From positions 124,001 through 188,000 of the forward strand of contig JALMLS010000579.1 of assembly GCA_038496445.1 (NCBI GenBank): DNA of 64,000 bases, read 5' to 3'. Both the position numbers and the translations under genes were made by a program. Positions 12,239 through 24,789 of the stretch are shown piece after piece. The DNA comes from Trichosphaerium sp. ATCC 40318 (Eukaryota; Protista; Tubulinea). Within the stretch, counting starts at the first letter, position 1; every line of letters starts with the position of its first letter. Below the pieces are notes generated by a model. The model searched no databases. It was not told the DNA's origin and saw only the letters and a list, made by a program, of their open reading frames with translations.

Positions 12239-15197
12239 CTAACCTGTCATTCTTGTACGTCTTGCTTTAAATGCTAGAACCCCTAATGACATAGCATGTA
12301 GTACAACAAGGTAAGCACATAATATAATAACATCAATCCACAAAGAAGACTCATCTACAAAAAAGATGTAAGCTTCAACAAGTACAAATTCGTGAGAGAA
12401 ATTAGTGACAGATCTCGAGTTGTTTTCACGCAAATTCCAAATACTCAGAATCGGTACGTACCAAGCATACTGAAGAACTCTAGGACTTGTGTACCAGAAT
12501 TAGGACCCTCATAAGGACAAATACCTCCAAAAGTATCAATTTCTTCTTCTGTACAGTAGAATTCTTGACCTTCAAACTAAACAAAGAAGAACATTAATAA
12601 GTCTTCAAAAAGCGGGGAAACTTACCTCATTTCTCATTGAGGCGCGGAATCCGTATTTAAGGAATGACAGGTATCTTTAACGTTGGATGTTAGTATGGGA
12701 GTATATATTAAAAATAAACAACGTACTCTACCCAGATAAAGTATACAGGAGTTGACTCAGAGTCAATGTAAAATCCAGAGAACAACTGAGAATTGTTAAT
12801 CAATAATAATAAAAAGGAAGTTCAAATGAGGTACCATTAGTGGAACAAAAAACAGCGGGAATACAGTCAATGCAACTGCAGGACTAGGGAATATAACAAT
12901 AATGAAAGTGCCAAAAGCGAGGGCAATCTATAGGAGTTGTAAGCCAAACACAGAGAAAAACAACAAAGTGAACGCACATTATTCATTAGCAAGTTTATCA
13001 AACAGAAAATCAAAAATGCCTCCACAGTAGCTTTGTATCCAACCATCCAGTAAAATATTGAACTGTAGCACAATGTTAATATCAAAAGAGTATTTAATGA
13101 ATAACTACGCACTTGTATACCATCACCAAGAAGAAAAATGTTACGGCTTCAGTTAGCACCTTGCCTATGTTATTCCAGTTAACAATATGTTTCAGTACCA
13201 GATTGGAACTCACCAAAATAGTAAGGAACAGTTCCATATAACCCAGCAAAATAATCGCGCATGAATACCTTACTCTCAGTAGCAACTAGCGAACAGTAAG
13301 TGAGAAGAGCACTCTAGTACTAGACAACATTCAAATGCAAAACAGCTTGAAACGTACAACTGTTGAATGGCGTAAGGAGTCCCATCATCATAATAAATAC
13401 AGCGCTAAAAAACAAGGATCCAGGACGATCTTGAATTGCAGCAGAGTTTGAGTTATCAAATTGCCAAAAGATAAGACCCATCACAATAGCAATACCAAGA
13501 AACTAAAACAAAACTCAGTGTCAAAAAAACGAGAAAAAAACGAGATTGTAGAAAAAGAAAGCTCTACCTGAATAAATTGTGCACGTGTAGAATTAGGTTC
13601 ACGGACAACATTTCTGAAGTTACGTTGAAGTAACTTATAGCACTGAACAAAAAAATTTGCTTCTTTAGAACGTCCACCAACAGTCAACTTTTCCGGCGTT
13701 TTACCTTTTTTTATACTCTTCTTTTTCTGAGAAAACGAGTTAAGAAAAAAAAAACACATTGTTTGCACTTACATATTTGGATTGATCAAACAAAGCACCC
13801 ATGGATTGAGCATGGGCTAATTTCTTCGCCATATCATCCTCTGGTTCACCAAGAGTCACTGCATTAGAATCCAAAGTAGCAGTTATTGTAGCGTCAAACC
13901 GAGCGTTTGGATCTTGACAAGCACGCACTAATTTGTATAAGTTTGATAGTGTATACATTTCGCTACGTACAGAAATAATCTCCTGGGTCTTCTTGTTTAG
14001 GGCATTCGTAGCCAACGCTCTTGAAATAATCTAGAGCTCTATCATATTTTCCGTTGTACACAGTATATCCTACAAATAACATTAGCACACGCCTCAACAT
14101 TACAAAAAAACAAGCTAATGTTGATAATTAGTAATCTCGTCATCACGTGCCTCTACTAATGAGTAACATGTTATCGAACAACTCCATAATCTCAGAAGAT
14201 GGTTGATGAATTGTAAATACTATAGTCTTTCCCTTGTGTGCTTTGAAGAACAATTAGAAATGGCGGCCACCCTTTAAAAAAAAAAAAAAGAAGTGTCAGC
14301 GTACATAACCTCTGTAGCGTTTTAATAACGCTCAATGCAGAAAAAGCATCTAAGCCTGTAGTAGGCTCGTCAAGGAACAGTAATGAAGGGTTGCTAATAA
14401 GCTCCAAGCCTACACTCAATCTTTTCCTTTCTCCACCAGAAATACCACGTTTAATACCAGAATTAAGAGCATCTACGATAACAATAAACAAAAGAACGGA
14501 GAAATAGCGAAATTACGGCGTTTTGGTTTTGTACCTTCTCCTACATAGCCTACATATGTCTTTGCGCATTTACGTAGACCTAGCTCATCAATAGTGCTGT
14601 TTACGACAGCATCTCGTTTTGCCTTTGAAAGCTGTGGTAGCTTTAAATCAGCAGTGAATTGCATAGTTTCTGTTACTGTCAACGCCCCAGCTAGAATATC
14701 AGCCTAAATCACATTGTTCATTAATTTATTATCTTACGTGCATCAAAAGGGAACAAAAATAACGCTTTAGGTACCTGTGGTACGTAACCAACGTAGTCCT
14801 TGTACTTTAGAGCAGAAACTTTAGCTCCGTTGTATGTAACAGATCCATTGTATTCCTTTCTGTGTATTCTACCAGCGAGGATGTTGAGCATGGTCGTTTT
14901 ACCAGAACCTAGCATGTTGGTTAACATCGTGTTTAAAGGTAAAATCGAATCTTTGTTGCTCCACACGCCCAATACGATTCTAAATTACGTACCACTTGGA
15001 CCTAGAATAGCATACATCGATCCAGGCTTTATTACGCCAGACATGCCATTGATGATATGAATACGCTCTTGTTCCGCTTTGCTGCAACATGAGAATACGC
15101 CTTTGATCCCAGGTATGGGTTTAGGTACAGAGTAGTCGATATCAGAGTAGACTATCTTAACAGGTGAATTTGAACCTTCTTTATCACCGTCTAACAT
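12239..15197 (-). CDS. ABCG (White-type) half transporter
   Basis: Walker A GPSGSGKTT, signature [10 protein letters not shown], Walker [13 protein letters not shown] and TIHQPS, followed by a C-terminal ABC2 membrane domain ([23 protein letters not shown]). Confidence 0.95.
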
Positions 15198-15712
15198 TCT
15201 TGTGTACTATTTTGAACTAAGTTTGTCCTTCGGGGTAATAATGCACACGAGAAAATTCAGAAAAATTCGGGCTAATAATTTTTGAGGTTTTATTAAACTA
15301 GAGTATCAAGAATAAGCTTGCATTTACTTTAAAACTGTTTTTTAAACACTGTGTAGGGTGTTCCGAGATTGTTAGGTCAATCCCTTCATTTTTGTACAAC
15401 GACAATGATCAAGATGTCATGGGAGACGTTAAAGTACTCTACGTACGGCGCTATAAACTATGCAACAAAAATAAAGTGTACAAACACGAAACTCGAAAAC
15501 CGTTAGTATCATCCATCATTTCAAAGGCGAATAGATTCAAACGCTATTTCTACGCCTAGAGACTCATTTTCTATACCAGAACAGTTAGTAACAGTAAAGT
15601 ATTTTATACAACAATTTAAGGGGCACCCTTAAAACTAAGATAGAAAAGAAGCAACTGTTTTAAATTAACAATTTGGAGTAGAGATGAGAACTTTATTCGA
15701 GTTTTGATAAGA

Positions 15713-16918
15713 TTACAAATCTGACTTTGAGTCATCTTCAATGAATTCATCTTGCACAGCGTTTTCCGGGTCAATACGGTTTGTATGTAAACAAGGTAAC
15801 CCACCACTATCTACTTTCATTTTTATCACGTGAGCGTACAAAGACGCGTCTTCATTATCAAGGAAGCATTCAGAGATGTACTCTGGGAAGTTATAAGTAA
15901 CCTCCATACCAGTAATGTACTGGCAATTATCACATTTTCTTTTCAATTCCGCAGACATCAAATGGTTCATAAAAAAACTGCCTTCTGATCCATACTTTTC
16001 ATTCGTTTTCGGGTTCATTGGATTACCATCTATTGCGTCATCGATATGTTGTACAAGAATATCCCCACTTATTCCTTCATACGTTATACCCGATCCATCT
16101 TGCATGTTTTTAATACCCGATTTCATCACATGCTCGACGCTGTTTCTAAGCGTTTTAAGGCATTCAAAAACGCCCATGGACCACACTTCAGTCCCATTTC
16201 CTTGCCATGTATCTGTAGTAGCAGTCAACCATATATTTGGGTGTAAAGCGTCGAATTTAGGCTCAATAGAACCTTCCAATACGCCATTAACTCTTTCGCT
16301 CATATCATCATAATTTATAATTCCTCTTCCATATCGTAGTCGTAAATCACGTGGGTATTTAGGAGGAGGCACTTCTTTACCTTCTTGATCTGGAGGTACA
16401 TGATCTTCAGGTCGTTCATCAAGTTCGCCCATTTCATCCTCGCTAAACCCGTATTGACCGGTAATCATTACGTTCAAAGGAAGAGGTAGCATACTAAAAC
16501 CAAAAGTGTCTTCTCCAAAGTAAAATATTGAAGACTTTGTTTTTATGGCGTCCTTCTCTTCGCATGCTAGAATCGTAGGTGTACGTCTGTGTATCCATCT
16601 TAGCGCTTTTTTAGCTTGTTTTGCATCTTGTGATAGCTGAACAGGCTCAAAACGGCATGTATCAGGGCTGCCATCGGTTGATGAGAATATTACGACAATG
16701 TATAGCTCTTTTGGTATATTTTTGTTATTAGCGCTGCGATAGTGGTTCCATAGCGTATCACCGTACGAATTCCATTCTTTACAGACAATAGGAACGTTGT
16801 GGAGGGAAAATCGGTCTAAACATGCGAATATTTCAAGCCAGCAGTCTGCGGGTAACGATTCCGCGTCAGCGGAGGGTTTTTGCAATGTTGTTAGCCGTTG
16901 CTTCGTATTATTAGACAT
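15713..16918 (-). CDS. Intronless F-box protein with unrecognised C-terminal region (401 aa)
   Basis: Single long ORF with N-terminal LPADCWLEIFACLDRFSLHNVPIVCKEW (F-box pattern). The remainder was not recognised. Confidence 0.7.
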   Translation of the reverse strand: MSNNTKQRLTTLQKPSADAESLPADCWLEIFACLDRFSLHNVPIVCKEWNSYGDTLWNHYRSANNKNIPKELYIVVIFSSTDGSPDTCRFEPVQLSQDAKQAKKALRWIHRRTPTILACEEKDAIKTKSSIFYFGEDTFGFSMLPLPLNVMITGQYGFSEDEMGELDERPEDHVPPDQEGKEVPPPKYPRDLRLRYGRGIINYDDMSERVNGVLEGSIEPKFDALHPNIWLTATTDTWQGNGTEVWSMGVFECLKTLRNSVEHVMKSGIKNMQDGSGITYEGISGDILVQHIDDAIDGNPMNPKTNEKYGSEGSFFMNHLMSAELKRKCDNCQYITGMEVTYNFPEYISECFLDNEDASLYAHVIKMKVDSGGLPCLHTNRIDPENAVQDEFIEDDSKSDL

Positions 16919-17320
16919 TTTTGATTTGAAACAAATTTTTTTACTCCTGTGACACTAACTTGTCACAACCTTTCTCTGAAATACAACACAATAGAGATTC
17001 CCAGAATTTGAGTTGTCTTTTGTTTAAGTCTATTTGTTCGGAAAGTAGTAACCTTCAAAAACAAATGTCGTTGTAGATTGAGAATAATACCAGATCAAAA
17101 AAAAAAACAACAAAAAAAAACTATTGCGAATGAAGTGACTATTGTATTATTGTACTACGATACAAGATGGTAAAAAATATCATGTCATGTTTTAGTGCAA
17201 TAACACTAGGTTAAAAAAAGAGCCACTTGAGCATCGTTACTTATATAGTATGAATGCGAAAACCAGTTCTTCTTTTTTTTTTCTTGTGAACTATTTAAGG
17301 TAGTTAAAAGCAGACTACGT

Positions 17321-20300
17321 CTACTTCATGTTGGAGTATTGGAAATCATCCTTTTCCTTCTTACGACAACAGCATAGTATGCTCAAAGGTACAATAACAG
17401 CAAATATTATTGCTAGGATACCAAACGCAATACCAAGACCAAGAGCAAGTCCCTGTTTGTAAGAAAAAAATGAGAAAATTGAAATGAAACAAATAAAAAT
17501 GATCCGTACACCATAGAGGTACACTGTGTCTTTAAACTTTTTAGAATCTTCTTCGCTTAACTCAATATAATCGCTTCCCCAAAATAATGGGTACATAGCA
17601 TCACGGTATACATTAGGACTACAAACAAAAAACGTCAATAAAAGTAACTATCTAAGTTTTTGGTTTTCTTCAATCCAAAATTAAATTCTTGCTTGCGTAC
17701 TTGAATGCATCAAAGTATTGAGTATCTTGTCTGATATATAAGTTTGCTTGTAATCTTTGAGCAACACGGAAAGCTATTAATAAGAGTGAGGCTATTTCAC
17801 AACAAGACGGCAAAAGAATAATGAAAAACTATGAAAACAGAATTATCAACGCACGTTTGCCAGTTACTGGTTCAACATCAATGAAGCTAGAGTACTTATC
17901 TGAAGGCTCAGAAATACCATCAACTCGCTTACTCCAATTGCCAGGAACCTAGAAACACATCGAGTTAATAGAGCAAAGTTTTAAAGAAAAATACAACAGA
18001 CAAAAACGTACATCAAGGAAGTGAGGGAATGAAATATAAATTGGCGTTTTTCTTATCTCTTCAAGGTTTGCAAATCCAGCAATATCTTGTCGATACAAAG
18101 AGTTTACGTCTAATTCTGTAGGGACTGGTCGGAATCTTCTTAATCCAATTCCCTTAAACACAAAGTTAAAAAATACAAAAACAAGCCCAAAAACAAAAGT
18201 TATCCACGAGATTCTAAGTGTTAGAAATAACACGTCATACAAAAGGTTTTTGAAAAAAAAAAGCGTTATTATAGTTATATACATGTGGTGTTCATCCTAG
18301 CGTAATTTGGTGTGATGATAGTTTGTAATCAAATGGTTTACGTACATTTAGTTTCTTGTAATCATTCTTATTCTTAAAATCTGTCTCAAAAGCTACAGGA
18401 CGTAGTAGAAGCTCTACAAGAACCTTGACATCACCTTCCGTCAAAGGGTACGTAAATTGTGTACCATCACTTGAACCTTAAAGAGATAAAACGGTCAGAG
18501 TAAATCAGACAGAAAAAAGAAAGAAAACTGTTTTTGACAAAAGATAGCGTACCTGCGACTGGAACAGAACCATTCCAATAAGGGATATTAGTAAGGTTTC
18601 TCCAAGCAACGTATGTGTTAATATTATCTATATCGTCTTTACCAGTCAATACAGTTGTTGGTGGATCTGTAGTATCATTTTGTTGATAATGAACAGCAGA
18701 TGGTTGGTTCAACAAAGCAAGCAATGGATCTTGACCAGTCCAAAGCCATTCACGGACTGTCTTTGTTGTAAACAATCCTCCTCCTGCGCTGAAAGCACCT
18801 TGTAGTTGAGGTACAGCAAAAGTGTTCTTAATATACTGGATATATCCAAGTACAGTTTGAATTTGAGAAACATCTGTGAGCTTGTATGTGGCATTAAATG
18901 TTTGTAAATTTTTTGTTATATTCTCTGTAGCTAGTCTCAAGAAGTATCCAAGACCATCAGGGATTGCAAGGCCAGGAACTGTAGTACGAAGTAGAGAAGC
19001 AGCAGCTTCAATACTAATCTTGCTGTTGTTTGCCCTGTTTTATTTGTCAGTCATCGAATCATTGAGTATGAAGTTGTTAATTAGCGTACCACACGCCTAA
19101 CTCCATAGTAGGAACAGGAGGAGTTTGATTAGGACCAATACCACCTGGTATAATAGCCCCGGTACTCCATTGTAATAAACCAAGTTCAGTAACAGCTATA
19201 AACGAAGGTCAGTAACAATGGTTTGAAAATATAAATAAGGAGAAAAAAAAGACGTACAGCTAACGTTGTATGATGAAAGTACAGCAGGAGTGTATTTATC
19301 AGCTGTAAATTTACTTCTCCACTCACTTACAAGTGTCAATTGTTCATCAGTAAGCCCAGGAAATGCGCTTCTTACAGCAGAGCGCACGGACGCATCTCCA
19401 AGTGCAATAAGTGCCCAAGCACCTGAAGCCGCTGAATCTGTATTTGGAATAGAGAATGGATGCTAAACAAAATCATTAGACTACAAGAATTCTTACCAAT
19501 TTTTTGTTAGTGATTGCGTACAGAAGCATTCCATAGAAGTGAAGCAGTCTCTAGAGTAATACCAGCAGATACAAAGTCTTGACTTACTCTGAAATCATCT
19601 AATGGACTTGTATTGTTAACAGACTTTGTTGTTTGACCAAAGTTAGTCAAAAATGTCGTTTCATTTATCATTGTAGCTGCCATAATATCGCTCTTTGCTT
19701 GAGCAATCTTTGATGCGAATACAGCATTAAGAAATACAACCGGAAACCTTTTTGGTAAAGTGTCAGTATCTAAGATATTGTGACTTTTTTTTTTGCTTAC
19801 TTTACAACGAATACTTGATTAAAGGTAGCCAAAGCACCTGCTGTAACAGCTACTGAAAGTGCGTTTTCGCTTCCAGCGTTTTTCATTACAGCAAGGTATG
19901 CAGAGTTAATGTTTGTTGCCATGTCACTCTCTGATAGGTTTCCTGAGCGTTCTACAAAAAGAAAGAAACTTGAGCATAAAAAAACCAAAAAAGATACCTG
20001 ATAAGGAAAGAAGGCTAAATACAGACTATCGCTTTGGTTTGAATAAGTAATTGCAAATGCGCCAGAACAAAGTGTACTCGATACTTGCATGTCACCCAAG
20101 ATGATTAGGGTCATAGCGAGCTATTGTTTTAGTATCGAGTACACTAAGTAGTGTGGTGCTGGAGTTTGGGAACTCTTTCTGTACCTTGAGAAAAAACGAA
20201 CTGCGTATTTAACTCAAATGTTGCCCTGTTACCGCCGTCGGTGAATTGTGGGTTTGTCCGTATACGATACCGCCTGTATAGAATTTAGAAACCCCGAAGA

Positions 20301-20663
20301 TATTTAAAACTGCCGTGCCTGTATACATAAGGTCCCTTTTGTACGTAAGAAGGCTTAGAGTCATTTTTTACTGCTTCAGGGTTTGTCAAATGCCACAAGT
20401 AGAGACTTCTGTAGAACGGAACTTTCTCGCTGCTCATGTCTAGCCATTGGCTGCGTTCAATGTTAATAAGGAAACTACAAAAAAAAAACTTGAGAATTAG
20501 CGTACCGGTAGTTATCGTTATCTTCAACTCTAGTAATTATGTTGCGGTCATCAACTCTTCCTTTTAATGTAATCGTGATTACAAAGTAGCAACCAACAGC
20601 TGCACCGGCAAATACTACGCCTAGTACAACAAATAAAATAGCGCAGAGGCAAGGCCGCTTCAT
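17321..20663 (-). CDS. CD36/LIMP-II family lysosomal membrane glycoprotein (Dictyostelium Lmp-like, extended luminal domain)
   Basis: N-terminal TM; LYLWHLTNPEAV..KPSYVQKGPYVYR; GGLFTTKTVREWLWTGQDPLL; TVLTGKDDIDNI; PIYISFPHFLD; FIDVEPVTG; C-terminal TM; tail ends QYSNMK (YxxPhi sorting motif). Confidence 0.88.
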
Positions 20664-20892
20664 TCTCGCTAAAATTTTGTGTCTTAAGGAAAAAATTACG
20701 GTTGACTTATCGGGAGCTCCAACATTTGACACTTGTTTGTTTTTTCATTTCAAACAACTTGTAAAAATGATCTTGTAGCTAAATAATCACCAAACAAAAA
20801 AAAAGAAAGAAATGTAGAGCGTGTTTACTTGCAATTTTGTTTATTTTGTTCCGCTATTTACATACCAGCCAAGCAAAAGGTTTAACTTCACC

Positions 20893-22328
20893 TTAGCTAG
20901 TTTCCATTTTGTCATCTTCATTTTCGTCATTTTCTTCTTTCCCGTTTGGTTTTTGGAAGCAGTAAATAGGCCTTTGGAATCCTTTTGTTGTGTGTGAAGG
21001 TGTCATTGTATCTACAAGCTTAAAACCTTTCTCAAGTAGAATTTCTGTAAACTGATCAGGTTTGATTTTAATAGTTTTGTAGACCTCTTTAATCTTCTAA
21101 AATAACAGTCCAAACGTTAGTTGCATCAAAGGGTAGGGACTTCAAACTACAAGAATTTTTTTTTGTAGAATCCTAACGTACGGGTGTAAGTTTGCTCTTA
21201 TTTCTATAAGACTTCCAGTTCTGAGGTTCTAGTATAAAGTATCCGCCAGGTTCAAGACTGTTGTAAACTTTATCAAAGAATTTTAAAACGCCATCATCAC
21301 CAAAGTTTAGGTGAACCCATTTCAATACGCTGAAACTAAACAAAAAAAAAATGTCACAATGTCGAAAAAAGAGTCAAAAAAAAGTCCGACTTTTCACAGC
21401 ACTTCTAAGGCATACAAATTTGTAATTTTACCATGAAAAAGGCTGCGAGAGTTCACAATAGCTCAAGGTTACTATGAAGTTCTATAGCTATTTTGCTTTC
21501 ATAAAACGAGCTCCACAAAAAAAAAAAAGGAATGTGTCAAATTAGTCATAAAAAAACCCAACTGGTCATCAGCAAGTTCTGGTTAAACGCACGCGAAAAT
21601 AATACCAAATGTCAGATCTTTGTTTAGATCAAGAACATTTGTTGCTTTGAAACTAATCAATCCTTCAAAATCTATCATTATTTCCTGTATGGCGTTTTAG
21701 CGCCTATTTCTTTTGAAGAGATTTAAAACCAAGTGTTTTGTTTATGTACCTTTTTCTCTAATGCTGATATAGGATACGCATACCCATCACTTGACCTTGG
21801 TCGCTCTACGTTCCACTGTTTGAATTTTGAAATCTGCATTGGCAAAGCCTTAGCAATCAAACTGACAATGTACTCCTGCTCACATACCTTTACATCTAGC
21901 TTCTTTTTGGCGTAATTTACAAGCTCTTTGTCAATGTCAATGCCAAGAATCGACTCTAGGTCAAAGTGCTGCACTAGTCGTACGTTAGCGCATAAATTGT
22001 GCGTAGGGAGGCGAAAAAACGCGATTTCGTAGAGTTTAAAATGTTTAGGTTTGTACCAAGCGCAAACGTTACTGTTCCATCGTTACAACTATACAGGCGT
22101 TATTTATATTACTAAGACACTATTTTACCCAATATCAAGAGCACGTCTGTTGACAAGCCACTCAGGGTTTAAAAGATCAAAACGGTTATCTCGTTCGCCC
22201 CAATTTCGGTATTTGTTGTAGTAGTTGCGATAATTACCGTATTGATAGATGTCTCTGTGTTTTTTGACTCTTGCACGTTTCTTGTCATCTTTTGGTAGCA
22301 AATCCTGGGCCTTGCGCTTGTTACTCAT
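20893..22328 (-). CDS. Bin3/MePCE-family RNA methylphosphate capping methyltransferase
   Basis: [70 protein letters not shown]. Confidence 0.9.
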
Positions 22329-22894
22329 TCTCACTGGCAATGTTACACTTTTTTTTATGGCACTTAATTACGTACTAAGCCATCGAACCTCGAACGCACC
22401 TAGAGCCGTCGGTAGTTATTCAATGAGCGTTTTTAACTGGTAGGATACAATGTGATGGAGTTGTTTGGAAAAATCGTACGGAAAATGCATTAAATGGTAT
22501 ATGTTGTATAACTAGCTCTAGTAGTGATGATATAGTTATAACTGCTTTTTATTTATGATTTACGCAATACTTGCTCTATCCTGATTGAACAGAGACTTTA
22601 ACCTATTGAAAATGCGCAATTGATACCAGAGTAAACTCCAAACAGGCAAAAACAAAGTATTGTAATTCTACGCTATTTTTCAACTGCACTTTTTGAAAGA
22701 AATTTACTATTTTTTATAAACCTCATATCGCACACACAAGAAAACAGTTCTCGCTCTTCTTTATAGATTATAAAGAACTCTATATAGAGATTACAACAGC
22801 GGGTATTTTACATGTTTTTATTCTACTCTACTTTTTTTTTTTTGGATTTACTTTTGTTACTTTTAAAAATGATAAAATTCGTTTTCATAGTTGT

Positions 22895-24172
22895 TTAAAT
22901 GTTCATCATTGCGTTATTGAGACCTCTTGGTGATTGAAATGATACCTTTGGTTTAGATCTCTCAAAACACGTTGCAACGCCCATAAGAGCATCCAGTCCC
23001 TTTGTTGTTATCCCACAACAATCACTTACAATCAACTTTTTAACTGATTGAATTTGTCTAATTCCAACATCAGTTACTTGGCTACAGTTTCGAAGAAACA
23101 ACGTGTTTACGTTTGTAAGAAACTCAATACTTCTATCAGTGATAGCATTACCGTACGTATATACAGTATGTACTCCAGAAAGACATTGTAAACCTTCTGT
23201 AGTAACGCCACTGCAAAAACCAAGATTAATCGAATGTAACTTGGCTGCTGTCAAGCATTTTAGACCTTTGTCGGTGATGGGATTATCGCGAAGGCTTATG
23301 GTATGTACACCAGCAATAGCAGCAAGACCTTTATCGGTAACTTTGGTGTTTCGTAAGTCTAATGAGTGTACGCCTTTAAGAGCTGAAATTCCTTCATCGG
23401 TAACTTTTGATAGACCTCCAAGATGGACAGAATGCGCTCCAGCTAATGTTTTGACTCCTTCATCGGTTATTTGGATACAACCGTTTAGCGCAATGGTATG
23501 TACACCACTCAAAGATTTGATGGCTTTATCCGTTATCTGAGATAAGCCATTTAAGTGTATCTTTTTAACTCCTTTCAGAGCAATAATTCCATCATCTGTT
23601 ATACTCCTACATCCTTCGAGATATACGCTGTGTGCGCCAGCAATCGAAACAAGTGCCTTATCGGTGACATTACAGTCGCGAAGGCTGATTGTATGAACAC
23701 CAGACAATGCTTTGACGCCATCATCTGTGATATTGCGACACCCCTCTAAATCTATGACACGGACTCCTGATAGCGCCTTAAGGCTTAAATCTGTGATATG
23801 ATGACACTGCCAAAGGTATATTGACCGTACACCGCCAAGGGATACAATGTTTTTATCTTTTACACCAGAATAAGCGAGATTAATTTTTTTGAAGCCTTCA
23901 AGATTTGTGATTGATTTTCTATAGTTTCCTTTTTTCTTCATACGCCTACAATCAACTATAGTGTTGTTTTTGACGCCTTTATAATGCGAAAATTTAGATA
24001 TGTCACGGCTAGATCGTGGTAGCACTGTAGTATAGCCTGTAATGTCGTGTATGGTGTCTTTGAAGCGACGGCATACTTGTACTACCAAGAAACGCTCGTA
24101 GGTTAGATTTTTGAATATAGCGTCTAGAATCTCGTATGGCATAGCTGAGGAGAAGTACGAGATTGAAGGCAT
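22895..24172 (-). CDS. Intronless F-box/LRR (cysteine-containing LRR) protein, 425 aa
   Basis: N-terminal MPYEILDAIFKNL..VVQVCRRF, then about 12 repeats of the type GVHTIxLxxCxxITDxGxKAL. Confidence 0.85.
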   Translation of the reverse strand: MPSISYFSSAMPYEILDAIFKNLTYERFLVVQVCRRFKDTIHDITGYTTVLPRSSRDISKFSHYKGVKNNTIVDCRRMKKKGNYRKSITNLEGFKKINLAYSGVKDKNIVSLGGVRSIYLWQCHHITDLSLKALSGVRVIDLEGCRNITDDGVKALSGVHTISLRDCNVTDKALVSIAGAHSVYLEGCRSITDDGIIALKGVKKIHLNGLSQITDKAIKSLSGVHTIALNGCIQITDEGVKTLAGAHSVHLGGLSKVTDEGISALKGVHSLDLRNTKVTDKGLAAIAGVHTISLRDNPITDKGLKCLTAAKLHSINLGFCSGVTTEGLQCLSGVHTVYTYGNAITDRSIEFLTNVNTLFLRNCSQVTDVGIRQIQSVKKLIVSDCCGITTKGLDALMGVATCFERSKPKVSFQSPRGLNNAMMNI

Positions 24173-24789
24173 TGTGTTGGTTGGTTTAGTGTCGGTTTAA
24201 TATTTGGCTTAAACCCTCCAAGCGACACTCGGCTTAAATATACACTTAAATAAGCCTGTTCTCATTTTTAGCTAATCCAGGAAAGTGAAAATCGTCGATA
24301 AACAGCATTACGGAGGTTATGGCATCGTTTTCTGACTAATTCCTGATGCAACTTGATCGTTTCATTCTCTGAATTTGCTTAGTCACTCCGAAAGATGATC
24401 GGGTTTTGACAGGCAAGTTATATTACTCGTTCGCTAATTATACAAGTGAAGAGGTATTTACTACAGTAAAACAAGTGCAGTAGTACAGCAGGAATTGTTT
24501 CACACGGTTTTAAATAGAACTGTTTAGCCTAACGGCAATACTTATCAATATTATTTAATTGGCTTTAGCGATTGAATTAATTGTTCGCTAATCAACCCAA
24601 AGAACTACCAATAATGACCCAGTAGGCTCACAGGGTACCAATATATAGTGTTCTTGCTGTAATAAAGTAATGATAACTAAAGTATGTTTACGCTAAGCAC
24701 TATACAGATTTGTTCCGTTTTATATATTTTTTTGTTAAGTTAACTGTTTTTGACTTGAAGTTGTCTCGTTTAAGTCCTAAACCCAGCGT

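Noticed and set aside
15915-16313. Antisense ORFs in the track (also 23103-23540, 34063-34512, 38499-38879 and others)
   Set aside because: They are shadows of real genes on the opposite strand, without motifs of their own.
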